Notes: a model not told the origin generated them from the sequence alone. Positions 17,697 through 27,224 are shown, counted from the stretch's first letter. The stretch: DNA of 64,000 bases from an uncultured bacterium (GCA_963720265.1 CAVRET010000002.1:264704-328703), one strand, 5' to 3'. Made by a program: numbers and translations.

Positions 17697-20258
17697 TTGA
17701 AGAAACAATTTGAGCTCGAAAAAGCCTACGACCCGAAGCAACACGAGGGCCGTATCTATAGGCAATGGGAAGATTCCGGCGCCTTCAAGCCCAATATGCA
17801 TGCGCCAAAGGACCCGTTCACCATCATCATGCCGCCACCCAACGCCAACGGCGACCTCCATCTGGGTCACGCTATGTATACGGTCGAGGACGTCATGATC
17901 CGCTATCATCGCATGGCCGGGTACAAAACCCTCTGGCTCCCCGGCGCCGACCACGCCGGCATTGAGACCCAGGTGGTCTACGAGCGTCTGCTCGCCGAAG
18001 AGGGCAAAACCCGCTTCGACCTCGGTCGCGAAGAATTCTACAAACAAGTGGACGCCTTCACCAAGAAAAACATGGCCACCATGATCAGCCAGGTCAAAAG
18101 TCTGGGCTTTTCCGTTGACTGGTCGCGCCTCAAGTACACACTTGACCCTGACATTGTTGAGATCGTCACTGACACGTTCAAGCGCCTCCATGACGCGGGC
18201 TACATTTACCGTGGTAACCGCATCGTCAACTGGTGCCCATACTGTCGCTCCGCTTTTGCTGATATCGAGGTCAAATACCGCGAACAAATCGATCCGCTGT
18301 ATTACATCAAGTACGGCCCGTTTGTGCTCGCTACCGTCCGCCCCGAAACCAAGTTCGGCGACACCGCCATCGCGGTCAACCCCAAAGACGAGCGCTACCA
18401 GAAATATATCGGTAAAACGATCGAAGCCGAAGACCTCAATGGACCCATCAAGCTCAAGGTCATCGCCGACGACTTTGTAAACCCGGAGTTCGGCACCGGC
18501 GTGGTAAAGGTCACGCCTGCCCATGACCCCAACGACTGGGAGATGGGCCTGCGCCACAATCTCGAAGTCAAACAAGCCATCGGCACCGACGGCCGCCTCA
18601 CCGAGCTCACCGGCAAATACGCCGGCATGCCTGTAGCCGAAGCCCGCCAGCAAGTGGCCCACGACCTCGAGGAACGCGGCCTCATGGACCACATCGATAT
18701 GAATTACACCCACTCGGTCGGCTACCACGACCGCTGCGGCACCCTCATTGAACCACTCGTGGTTGAGCAATGGTGGCTTAAGGTTGATGAGCTCAAAAAA
18801 CCGGCTATAAAAGCCTTCAAATCCGATGAAATCCAGATTGTACCGGCCCGCTTCAAGAAAGTTTGCATCGACTGGCTCGAAAACCTGCGCGACTGGAACA
18901 TCTCACGCCAAAACTGGTGGGGTATCCGCATCCCGGTCTACTACAATCTTGGCAGTCCCAAATCCAAGCAGCCCTACATCATTACCTCAGATGAAGCCGA
19001 GGCTATCAAAGAATTCGGCAAAGGGCACTACGAGGCCGAAACCGACAACTTCGACACCTGGTTTAGCTCCAGTCAGTGGCCGTTTGCCACGCTCATGGCT
19101 ACCGGCGACTTTGAGAAGGGCTTCTACCCTACTGCGGTCATGGAAACCGGCCGCGATATCCTGTTTCAATGGGTCACCCGCATGGTTATGCTCGGCATCT
19201 TCCGTACCGGCCAGATCCCATTCCGTACTGTTTATCTGCACGGCCTGGTCAATGACGAGCACGGCAAGAAAATGTCCAAATCCAAGGGCAACGTGCTTAA
19301 CCCGCTCGAGCTCACGGCCAAGTATGGCACCGACGCCGTTCGCCTCGCCCTCACTATCGGCATCACGCCCGGCAACGACGGCGCGCTATCTGAGCGCAAG
19401 ATTGAAGGCTACCGTAACTTCTGCAACAAGCTCTGGAATGTCGCTCGCTTCATCATCGCCACGCTTCCGGACGACTATGCACCCGGCCGACCGATACCCC
19501 AGACCCCAGCCGACGCCTGGATCCTCGCTCGCACGAATGACACCACGCGTGAAGTCACGAAGGCCATTGAGAGCTATCGTTTCTCCGAAGCCGGCCAGCT
19601 CATCTATGCCCTCCTCTGGGATGACTTCGCCAACTGGTACATCGAGGCGTCCAAGGTTAAACAAAATCCGAACATACTCTACAATACCCTGGTCACTATC
19701 CTCAAACTGACCCACCCTATTGCACCATTTGTAACCGAAGCTATTTGGGGTGCCCTGCCCGGTACCGACGGCCAACTCATGACCGCCACCTGGCCCGAAG
19801 CTGTTAAATCTCCCACCGAGCTACTTGCCCAGGCTGCCGCCTTTGAGTCCACCAAAGCCGTCATTCAAGCCAGTCGGACCCTTGCCGCCGAAGAACACCT
19901 TAATCAGCCAATTATCCTCACAACCGACCAGGCAGTCTCCGACAGCGCTGATCTTGTCACGCGTCTCGGGCGTACCAAAGCGGTTAAGCTCGTTGAGAAG
20001 GGGAGTGGGCTCTACCTCGGAACAGCCGCTCCAGCCTGGATCGAAGCTACGACGGACCAAGTTGCCGCTCGTGCCAGTCGTCTGCGCACACTCCGGACCG
20101 ACAAACAAGCCTACCTAGAATCGCTCGAAGCTCGCCTGGCCAACAACAACTACGTCAAATCCGCACCGCCGCAGGTTGTTCAGGAAACCCGCGACAAGCA
20201 CGCAGAAACCGTGCAGCTCCTGCAGAAACTCGACCAGCAACTCGAGGCGCTGGCTTAG
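17697..20258 (+). CDS. valS: Valine--tRNA ligase
   Basis: PPPNANGDLHLGH, DHAGIETQ, DWNISRQNWWG, KMSKS and C-terminal coiled coil. Confidence 0.98.
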   Translation: MKKQFELEKAYDPKQHEGRIYRQWEDSGAFKPNMHAPKDPFTIIMPPPNANGDLHLGHAMYTVEDVMIRYHRMAGYKTLWLPGADHAGIETQVVYERLLAEEGKTRFDLGREEFYKQVDAFTKKNMATMISQVKSLGFSVDWSRLKYTLDPDIVEIVTDTFKRLHDAGYIYRGNRIVNWCPYCRSAFADIEVKYREQIDPLYYIKYGPFVLATVRPETKFGDTAIAVNPKDERYQKYIGKTIEAEDLNGPIKLKVIADDFVNPEFGTGVVKVTPAHDPNDWEMGLRHNLEVKQAIGTDGRLTELTGKYAGMPVAEARQQVAHDLEERGLMDHIDMNYTHSVGYHDRCGTLIEPLVVEQWWLKVDELKKPAIKAFKSDEIQIVPARFKKVCIDWLENLRDWNISRQNWWGIRIPVYYNLGSPKSKQPYIITSDEAEAIKEFGKGHYEAETDNFDTWFSSSQWPFATLMATGDFEKGFYPTAVMETGRDILFQWVTRMVMLGIFRTGQIPFRTVYLHGLVNDEHGKKMSKSKGNVLNPLELTAKYGTDAVRLALTIGITPGNDGALSERKIEGYRNFCNKLWNVARFIIATLPDDYAPGRPIPQTPADAWILARTNDTTREVTKAIESYRFSEAGQLIYALLWDDFANWYIEASKVKQNPNILYNTLVTILKLTHPIAPFVTEAIWGALPGTDGQLMTATWPEAVKSPTELLAQAAAFESTKAVIQASRTLAAEEHLNQPIILTTDQAVSDSADLVTRLGRTKAVKLVEKGSGLYLGTAAPAWIEATTDQVAARASRLRTLRTDKQAYLESLEARLANNNYVKSAPPQVVQETRDKHAETVQLLQKLDQQLEALA

Positions 20259-21589
20259 TCGCGCCGCCACAATTCGGCATCCTGCGCGCTAAGCACCAGC
20301 CGCCAGCCCGGCTGCCGGCTCAAATGTGCGCTCAATTTGGTGTCGTATTCGCTCAAAACCGCGCATTGCACGTTATATCGTGCAAATTCGGCGTCTGACA
20401 CCGCACCGCCTTGCAGCACCTCAAGGTAGCGGTCCAAATACGATCCCTGCGGACCACGCCAGCTCGGCATGCGTCCATCGATGTAATCGGGTACGCCCGG
20501 CAGCACCCAGATCATGAAGCCGCCGTAGTTGTAGTCGTTAAACACGTGCCCCCGGCACGGAGCAGCCTTAAGTGCGCGAAACACGGCCACCGGTTGGGCC
20601 AGCGACATACCGTTATTTACCGCAGGCGGCCACACCAGCACTGCGAAAGAAAACGCCACGCCCGCCAAGATCGCGGCCGTCGCACGAAACAGCCGGTTCT
20701 CCATACATGCCAATGCTCGTTCTATGGACTCGTTGATGAGCCCAAGCGTGCCTACAACTGCCAACGGCAACTGCCGACTGGCCCACAAGGCAGCTGCCAG
20801 GAGCACAACCCCGCGTACGCGCACAAATGTCCACCCGCGCGCTACGATGAGCACAACAACTAGCGTCACCACGTACGGCGCCACGGCATAGTTCACGGCC
20901 AGCGGCCCCCACTCCACAATCCGTGAGCCCAAGGCGCCGTCACTCATCGTGCGCCACAGTTCCACATACACACCGAAACCGTACGGGTTAACCAGGGTTG
21001 CAGCAGCCGCGGCCAATCCCCACAGCGCCAACCGCCGCGAGCGGTCCAGTATTGCTTTGAGCGCGACTAACCCCAGACCCAATGCAAACCCAGCGTGCAG
21101 ATTTGCCCACAATCCAAACAGCGGCACCAGCAGCCAGTATCGCGGCCGCTTAGCTTCAATGAGCCGAATCAGCAACGCCAGGCCCAGCGCCGTCCACACC
21201 TCAGGCCTCACGGCCAGATACGTCAGTAATGCTCCAAGCGCCAGCCCCACCGCAGCCCAACCGATCCGCCGCGGCCAGACCGCAAGCACCAGCGCCAATG
21301 TCCACAGCCCTGCCTCAAAAAGGCCCAATGCCGCATAGCCCAAGTGATGCGCTACCGCATACACAAACACATCGTTCAACCATTCGTGGTTAATCCACAC
21401 GAAACCCTTGGCCGTATACGTAAACACATCATGGTGTGGCACACCATGGGCCAAAATGTACTGGCCTGAGCGGAAATGCCAGCCGAAATCAGGATCAAGC
21501 CGGTGCGTACATAGGTAGGCAATATAAGCAAATGCCCATACGGACGGCCACCACCGGCTCCGGGCCAACTTGCACAGCCACAGCCACAT
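20255..21589 (-). CDS. Polytopic membrane protein, GT-C glycosyltransferase-like
   Basis: DPDFGWH..SG, W..HEWL, LWANLH, YIDGR; many TM segments; start 7 nt after TATGAT. Confidence 0.75.
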   Translation of the reverse strand: MWLWLCKLARSRWWPSVWAFAYIAYLCTHRLDPDFGWHFRSGQYILAHGVPHHDVFTYTAKGFVWINHEWLNDVFVYAVAHHLGYAALGLFEAGLWTLALVLAVWPRRIGWAAVGLALGALLTYLAVRPEVWTALGLALLIRLIEAKRPRYWLLVPLFGLWANLHAGFALGLGLVALKAILDRSRRLALWGLAAAAATLVNPYGFGVYVELWRTMSDGALGSRIVEWGPLAVNYAVAPYVVTLVVVLIVARGWTFVRVRGVVLLAAALWASRQLPLAVVGTLGLINESIERALACMENRLFRATAAILAGVAFSFAVLVWPPAVNNGMSLAQPVAVFRALKAAPCRGHVFNDYNYGGFMIWVLPGVPDYIDGRMPSWRGPQGSYLDRYLEVLQGGAVSDAEFARYNVQCAVLSEYDTKLSAHLSRQPGWRLVLSAQDAELWRRD

Positions 21590-21606
21590 GCCTACCATCA
21601 TACATA

Positions 21607-22431
21607 ATGGATTCTCATCGTCAGTCAAACGTGAAATTCTGGGTTGCGAGCGTAATTGTGTTCGTCGTCTCGGCAGCCGCCCTGGCTGCGTTGTGGCCCA
21701 GCGCGCTGTCTGCTGCGCGCGCCACTTCCAGCCGGCTAGCCTCAGACGGCCAGGCGGATAGGGGAGTGACTACGGCCGATTATCAGCTAGCCGTCTGGTT
21801 GAACCCAGGTAATCAAACTGCTCGGCTCGGCCTAGCCGCAGCCCAAATTGAAGACGGCCAAGCGGCAGCCGCACTGGCTACGTTGGGACCGGCGGGGCAG
21901 GGGAGTGCAGTCGGTGCGTTGCGGGTGCGCGCATTCATTGAGGACAATCAGCCGGTTGCCGCAGCCGCCGCAGGCGGTGGACTCGTTACCCAAGCGCCCA
22001 CCGATACCAACATTGAGCTTGTGGCGCTGGCCGACGCTAGTGCCGGCCGCCCATTGACGCAGAACAGTTCGCTAATTTCACGTCTAACGTCATCAGAGGC
22101 CCTACAAGCTGTCAATCGCACCGATGCCGGGGAATTACCACTCGCCGCCGAATTGTACGCCACAGGGCTCCTACACAGCTCCAGGCGCATTCTGCTAACG
22201 CTCCCCCAAAGTTATGAGCGCAATCTGCTTCTCGCCAATGTTGATTACGATATCCACACGCAATCCACACTCACGCAGGCGTCGAGCGTACTATCGGCTG
22301 CAATTGCCATGAATCCAGCCGATATTTCAACTCGCCAGCTGCTCGTGCAAGTCTACCGTGCTCAAGGCAAGCCGGCCGAGGCATTTGATCAGACTACCGC
22401 CATCGCCAAGCTCCAGTCCGGCCGGCCGTAA
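21607..22431 (+). CDS. Membrane-anchored TPR-like protein
   Basis: N-terminal TM; YQLAVWLNP..ARLGLA and AIAMNP..RQLLVQVY TPR-like helices. Confidence 0.7.
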   Translation: MDSHRQSNVKFWVASVIVFVVSAAALAALWPSALSAARATSSRLASDGQADRGVTTADYQLAVWLNPGNQTARLGLAAAQIEDGQAAAALATLGPAGQGSAVGALRVRAFIEDNQPVAAAAAGGGLVTQAPTDTNIELVALADASAGRPLTQNSSLISRLTSSEALQAVNRTDAGELPLAAELYATGLLHSSRRILLTLPQSYERNLLLANVDYDIHTQSTLTQASSVLSAAIAMNPADISTRQLLVQVYRAQGKPAEAFDQTTAIAKLQSGRP

Positions 22432-22629
22432 AGCGTCGATAATGCATCCGTGCGAAAACACCAGGCGTTCGGAGGCACCGTCTGGTTGAGCTACGAACAT
22501 GCCTCAAGAAAGTTACGAGTGAAAAATTGCTTTTGCGCGACTTTTTGAAAATCGAAATTTCAATCTGGAATTTCTGCAGCAAATCGAGAGATAACAAAAA
22601 ACGGCTCCAAGTCGAGCCGAAGAATCATT

Positions 22630-22719
22630 TGGCGGAGAGGGTGGGATTCGAACCCACGGAAGCCTTGCGACCTCACCGCATTTCGAGTGCGGCGCACTAG
22701 TCCACTATGCGACCTCTCC
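22630..22719 (-). tRNA. tRNA-Ser(CGA)
   Basis: GGAGAGG acceptor stem, CCGCA-ctCGAaa-TGCGG anticodon arm, long variable arm, GTTCGAATC, encoded CCA. Confidence 0.96.
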
Positions 22720-23038
22720 AAAAAAATTTTATTCCGCTTATGTTTCCACGGAGAAGTCCGCGAAACTTGTTTTAGCGATTTTTCGAAGAATCGATTATTC
22801 GATCTGGAACTTGTCTACGGTAGCGCAAAACCGCGTTCGGCTCAAGCGCCCACCATGATACATGATTGACAAACGATCAAATAACTGGCACATCTGCACA
22901 GTCAACTGCCCCGTTAGGGTTCGAGACGGCCACAGTTAAGGCAGCTTGCGGTTCCGGGTCGGCGTCAAGCCAATAGCATAGAAAGCACCTGAGCCACGTC
23001 TGAATGCAAGCCTAGCATTTTTGTGTAATAGTGTATCT

Positions 23039-24709
23039 ATGCGTAGGCGATCAAAGAAAGACCGCGCCGAAGGCGCGGTTAAAACTATCGACGATTTTGG
23101 TCTGTTCAGTCGGCGGGCACTAAATATACTTGCCGCTTTTTCGTTTCTCGCAATTTTTGCGGCCGTCGGCATCTACATGACGCACAAATCGCAGGCCGCG
23201 AGCGGCGAGGTGGTGGTATCGCCGGTCGGCAATTACGGCTACTGCATGGACGACTTCCACTCGCAGACCGGATCAGCGGGAGCACCAAACAAGGTGGATA
23301 TCTGGGGATGCAATGGCTCAACTGCCCAAGATTGGACCTATAACTCCAACCATACAATTACTGACTTTGGACAGTGTCTGGATGTCTATCAGGGAGGCAA
23401 AACCTCCGGATCAAAGGTTGACTTGTTTCCATGTAACGGCGGCACGAACCAACTGTGGACCACAACCGCCCAAAACACACTGGTCAACACCGGTAGTGGC
23501 TTATGTTTGGACGATCCCAGTGCTAGCACCACCGATGGTACGCAACTACAAATTTGGACATGTAACGGCAACGTCCAGCAAATCTGGTACTGGTCAGCCC
23601 CCGCGACTCCTGTACCCACGCCGGCACCAACACCAAAGCCCACGGTTAATCCAACTCCGGCGCCAACTCCTGTGCCCACGCCGGCGCCCACGCCCAACCC
23701 GGGTGGCGGTGGGGGAGGCACTGGGGGAGGGACTGGTGGTGGTTCCGGCGGCTCGGGTGGCACAGGCGGAGGTACGGGTAGTGGGTCGGGTGGCAGCAGC
23801 GGAGGTACCGGCGGTGGAGGCGGCAGCTCCGACACGGGCGGAGGCAGCAGTGGAAGTGGTAGCAGCTCGAGCAGCGCCTCGGTACCTTCAACACCCGGCA
23901 ACTTCACGGCCACTGCCGACAGTACCAACGCGGTTATCACGTTATCTTGGACAGCCTCAAGCGATGCGGTTGGCATCATGGGCTATCAGGTCGAACGGTC
24001 AGTCGATGACGCCACCTGGTCGGTACTGTCAACCGACGCCACCGGCGATGGGTATGATGACACTTCGGTCAACTTCGGCGTGCACTATTATTACCGGATA
24101 AAGGCGATTGACAACAGCGGCAACGAATCCGGCTACGCAACCGCCGATGCTACAACGGCATCATTTGTAGGAACGGCCTCAGCCGGCTCGGGTTCGTCGT
24201 CCTACACGAGCGAAGATGGGCTCGCTACAGTAACATTACCCAGTGGCGCTGTAGCCGGTTCAGTAGATTGCAGCGTGGCCGTTGACACGGCTACCAACTT
24301 CGCGACCAAGTCACACAAAGTAGTGGCCGGTCCATATGAGCTCGTCTGCAAAGATGCAAACGGTAATGCTGTAACGTCATTCGCGCAAGCGTTATCGTGG
24401 TCAATCAGCCTCAAAAACAAGCTCAAGGGCGTATCAGGACCAACTGCCTACACAGCGACTGCAAGCAGCACACTGAGCGTCATCACGAATGCGAAATTTA
24501 ACACTTCGTCGCAGGTCATGACGTTTACCACTACGTCTGCCAACGACGTGCTCGTGCTGGCGACTATCAGCCACGGCATCTCCTGGAGCTTCGTGGTAAT
24601 CATTCTTGTGGTGCTAGGCATCGCCGGCGGTGTTGCAACGCTGATTCTCCGGCGGCAGCAGAAGTCAAACTACGATGACTACCTACGGACCAAGTACTAC
24701 AACCTTTAA
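23039..24709 (+). CDS. Surface protein: ricin-B lectin, Pro/Thr and Gly/Ser linker, fibronectin type III domain, C-terminal TM
   Basis: Three QxW repeats (AQDW, NQLW, QQIW) with CLD motifs; LSWTASSD..GYQVERS..YYYRIKAIDNSGNES; TM helices near both ends. Confidence 0.88.
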   Translation: MRRRSKKDRAEGAVKTIDDFGLFSRRALNILAAFSFLAIFAAVGIYMTHKSQAASGEVVVSPVGNYGYCMDDFHSQTGSAGAPNKVDIWGCNGSTAQDWTYNSNHTITDFGQCLDVYQGGKTSGSKVDLFPCNGGTNQLWTTTAQNTLVNTGSGLCLDDPSASTTDGTQLQIWTCNGNVQQIWYWSAPATPVPTPAPTPKPTVNPTPAPTPVPTPAPTPNPGGGGGGTGGGTGGGSGGSGGTGGGTGSGSGGSSGGTGGGGGSSDTGGGSSGSGSSSSSASVPSTPGNFTATADSTNAVITLSWTASSDAVGIMGYQVERSVDDATWSVLSTDATGDGYDDTSVNFGVHYYYRIKAIDNSGNESGYATADATTASFVGTASAGSGSSSYTSEDGLATVTLPSGAVAGSVDCSVAVDTATNFATKSHKVVAGPYELVCKDANGNAVTSFAQALSWSISLKNKLKGVSGPTAYTATASSTLSVITNAKFNTSSQVMTFTTTSANDVLVLATISHGISWSFVVIILVVLGIAGGVATLILRRQQKSNYDDYLRTKYYNL

Positions 24710-24736
24710 ATGCTAAGCCGTCGCAACTGAGCCTAA

Positions 24737-25175
24737 CTAGCCGAGTAAGCGGGTCCGCTGCAACAAGCATTCCTCCGCCAAGACGCCACCGGTAACGACA
24801 ATTGGATATTTCTTTGACCACCGTGCAATCTCCTCGGCCGGGATCGGCAATGAGGCCGTCGGCTCGGTTTTTGCACCATAGTAGACGCGCGCGACTTTTG
24901 CTTTAATAATGCAGGTTATGCACGCCGGGCAAGGCTCTGAGGTAGTATAGAATACATGATCTCTCAGCGAGAGCGTAGTCAGTTTCTGACACAAGAACCG
25001 GATCGCGTTAACTTCGCCATGAGCGGCAGGATCAGTGTACTCATGCAAACGATCATGGTCCCGATGTACAACACTGCCTAACTGATCAGCACAACACAAG
25101 CAAACGGCTCGTTGCCGTCTCGCACCGCCTGTTCCGCCTCCGCCAGCGCCAATTCATAACCCCTTCAGGCTGCAT
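24737..25175 (-). pseudogene. Zn-dependent nucleoside deaminase (TadA/GuaD-like) with two -1 frameshifts
   Basis: HGE..PCPAC motif; the N-terminal ELALAEAEQAVRDGNEPFACVV lies in a different frame; 439 nt plus 2 missing bases gives 147 codons. May be sequencing error. Confidence 0.75.
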
Positions 25176-25193
25176 AATAATTCTGATAATTCC

Positions 25194-25269
25194 TGGCGCG
25201 CTTGGCAGGATTCGAACCTGCGACCCCCAGCACCGCAAGCTGATGCTCTATCCACTGAGCTACAAGCGC
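25194..25269 (-). tRNA. tRNA-Arg(GCG)
   Basis: GCGCTTG/CAAGCGC acceptor, TCAGC-ttGCGgt-GCTGG anticodon arm, GTTCGAATC, CCA. Confidence 0.93.
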
Positions 25270-25328
25270 ATGCGCCTAAGCACCACCCGACTTTACCATA
25301 TTCGGTCGCAAAAATAAAGTCAGTTGAA

Positions 25329-25928
25329 CTAAAACCGCAGATACTGGGTGACGCGTTCAATCATGTCTGGTTGGCGGTCAACTCGTGGCAAATACTGCTC
25401 GAGATGCGCCACAATAACATCCAAATCCTGCGGATCAAATAGCACTGCCATGCGCGGACGGAAGCGCCGTGTCGGTTCAAGGTCAATGGTGTGCCACTCA
25501 GCATCAGGCAAAACCCCAAACGAACGAAACTCCTTGAACGGAAGGGCATGGCCCTCAATCACAATGCCGGCCGCGGTCAGCTCGTACGTCAAAACTCGCG
25601 GCGGTTTGTGTGCGTATACGGCTATTGCGACGCCCATTGCCACAAACGCTCCCGCCACCAGCCAGTAGTGCAGCAGCAGCGCCGCACCTACCAAAATCGC
25701 TACTCCACCGACTAAGCCCGCATACCATCCTGTACCCTTATGGTTGTGGACATATTCAGAGGCTTGCCATTTAAATCCCGGCTCTTCAGGGAGTTCGTCG
25801 CCTTCACCCGCGTCGAATTGCCCGGCGTCTGCATTAGGGTCGGCGTCAGCCAACAACCCACCGGTCTGATCATCCGGCGTCGGTGCTTCGGGCAGCTGCG
25901 TATTCGGCTGTTGGTCGTCGTCTTGCAT
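25329..25928 (-). CDS. CPR-type hypothetical membrane protein
   Basis: Acidic N-terminal tail, WQASEY...K...WY, two TM helices, Y.LT..GI, F.EFRSF. Confidence 0.8.
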   Translation of the reverse strand: MQDDDQQPNTQLPEAPTPDDQTGGLLADADPNADAGQFDAGEGDELPEEPGFKWQASEYVHNHKGTGWYAGLVGGVAILVGAALLLHYWLVAGAFVAMGVAIAVYAHKPPRVLTYELTAAGIVIEGHALPFKEFRSFGVLPDAEWHTIDLEPTRRFRPRMAVLFDPQDLDVIVAHLEQYLPRVDRQPDMIERVTQYLRF

Positions 25929-25999
25929 CACACCTGCTTCACTGGCATTATGACGCAACCGCAGGCAAAACCACAAGCATGATCAATAATTCCAATACC

Positions 26000-26085
26000 T
26001 GGCGGAGGGGGTGGGATTCGAACCCACGAGGCGCTAGCCTGCCGGTTTTCAAGACCGGTGCCTTCAACCACTCGGCCACCCCTCC
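26000..26085 (-). tRNA. tRNA-Ser(TGA)
   Basis: CCGGT-ctTGAaa-ACCGG arm, variable arm, T-loop, CCA. Confidence 0.96.
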
Positions 26086-26113
26086 AGAAAAATATAAAGA
26101 ATCTAATAATACC

Positions 26114-26206
26114 TGGCGGAGAGGGAGAGATTCGAACTCTCGCGAGGGATTACTCCCCCCTACAGGTTTAGCAAACCCGCCCCTTCAGCCTCTTGGGTAC
26201 CTCTCC
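26114..26206 (-). tRNA. tRNA-Ser(GCT)
   Basis: Anticodon loop ttGCTaa, long variable arm, CCA; upstream promoter TTGAGA-17-TATTAT. Confidence 0.95.
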
Positions 26207-26723
26207 ACGCTTGCTGAACTCGGCTATAATACCGCGAACTTTCGTTTGTCTCAATACATTGGGCGGGGTCGGCCCGCCAGAGTCCGGCTCAACGAGCCTC
26301 ACTCCACCACGACCTCGTTGAACAATAGGAGCAACAAAGTAGACGACGAGTCCGGCGTAAGTAGCTTCAGCTACCTCCAGAGAGAGGCGCCAGGGTACCC
26401 CGGTTGATCGCCGCCCCAACGAGCGCTTGTATCGGCTCAGAGTTAAACAGTGGGGAATTCCCGCAACCCTCGCTGCAAGTTGCTCGTCCTGCTTGCCTCT
26501 AAGCGACCTTAGGCTAAACACGGCCACGAGCCCTATTGCAAGCGCCAGGCAAGCCACTGCGGTCAAGCCGGGCTCCCATTGGTAACATTCGACCGCAATC
26601 AGCAGTGCCTTCGCGTCTACACCGCACACACGTTCCCGGAGCCATCATCTCGATAAAGCCAAAACCCTTTCTTGCCTTTCATTTGAATGTCTGACTATAA
26701 TGGGCAAAAGGAGATTTTTCCAG

Positions 26724-27155
26724 ATGCCGGGTAAGAAATCCTCACCTGCTGAACAAGAAAACGTGCTGCAAGACGACTTTCTCGACGCCGCTCCCGAGGG
26801 CGAAGAAGATTGGATGGCCGAGGCCGAGGGCCAGCTTGCGGTTGACGTCTATCAAACCAAAGAAAACGTCGTAATCAAGGCCCCCATCGCCGGTGTAAGT
26901 GTCGACGACATCGACATTGAAGTTGCCGAAGATGTTGTCACGATCCGCGGTGAGCGCAAGGAAGAGGCCGAAGTCGACCGCGAACACTACTACGTCCAAG
27001 AATGCTACTGGGGCTCATTCTCTAGGTCGGTGATCTTGCCCACCTCAACGGTGGCCGAAAAAGCCGCTGCCAGTCTCAAAGACGGCGTCCTCACCATCAC
27101 CATCCCTAAGGTCGCCCAAGACAAGGTCAAGAAGATCAAGGTCAAGCCAATCTAG
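26724..27155 (+). CDS. Hsp20/alpha-crystallin small heat-shock protein
   Basis: LAVDVYQT, ECYWGSFSRSVILP, DGVLTITIPK; SD AAGGAG. Confidence 0.95.
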   Translation: MPGKKSSPAEQENVLQDDFLDAAPEGEEDWMAEAEGQLAVDVYQTKENVVIKAPIAGVSVDDIDIEVAEDVVTIRGERKEEAEVDREHYYVQECYWGSFSRSVILPTSTVAEKAAASLKDGVLTITIPKVAQDKVKKIKVKPI

Positions 27156-27178
27156 TCCGCAGCCGTTTTTCCTACGTC

Positions 27179-27209
27179 AAAAAATAAGACCCGTCCGGGT
27201 CTTATTTTT
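27179..27209. terminator. Bidirectional terminator between hsp20 and the pilin genes
   Basis: AAAAATAAGACCCG-tc-CGGGTCTTATTTTT. Confidence 0.85.
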
Positions 27210-27224
27210 AGGCTACAACCGACT

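Noticed and set aside
17628-18770. 380-aa minus-strand ORF and similar long antisense ORFs over the VirB6-like gene, dnaA and GT genes
   Set aside because: Shadows of well-supported genes, expected at this GC content.
23600-23880. Tandem-like repeats as a CRISPR array or DNA repeat element
   Set aside because: They encode Pro/Thr and Gly/Ser linkers with varied codons. No repeat-spacer array or cas gene was seen in the window.
22720-25190. Integrated island between tRNA-Ser and tRNA-Arg
   Set aside because: No integrase and no duplicated tRNA 3' end was found.
26261-26650. RNase P RNA, tmRNA or a self-splicing intron
   Set aside because: Lacks GAGGAAAGTCC, tmRNA termini and group I/II intron core motifs; kept only as an unexplained segment.
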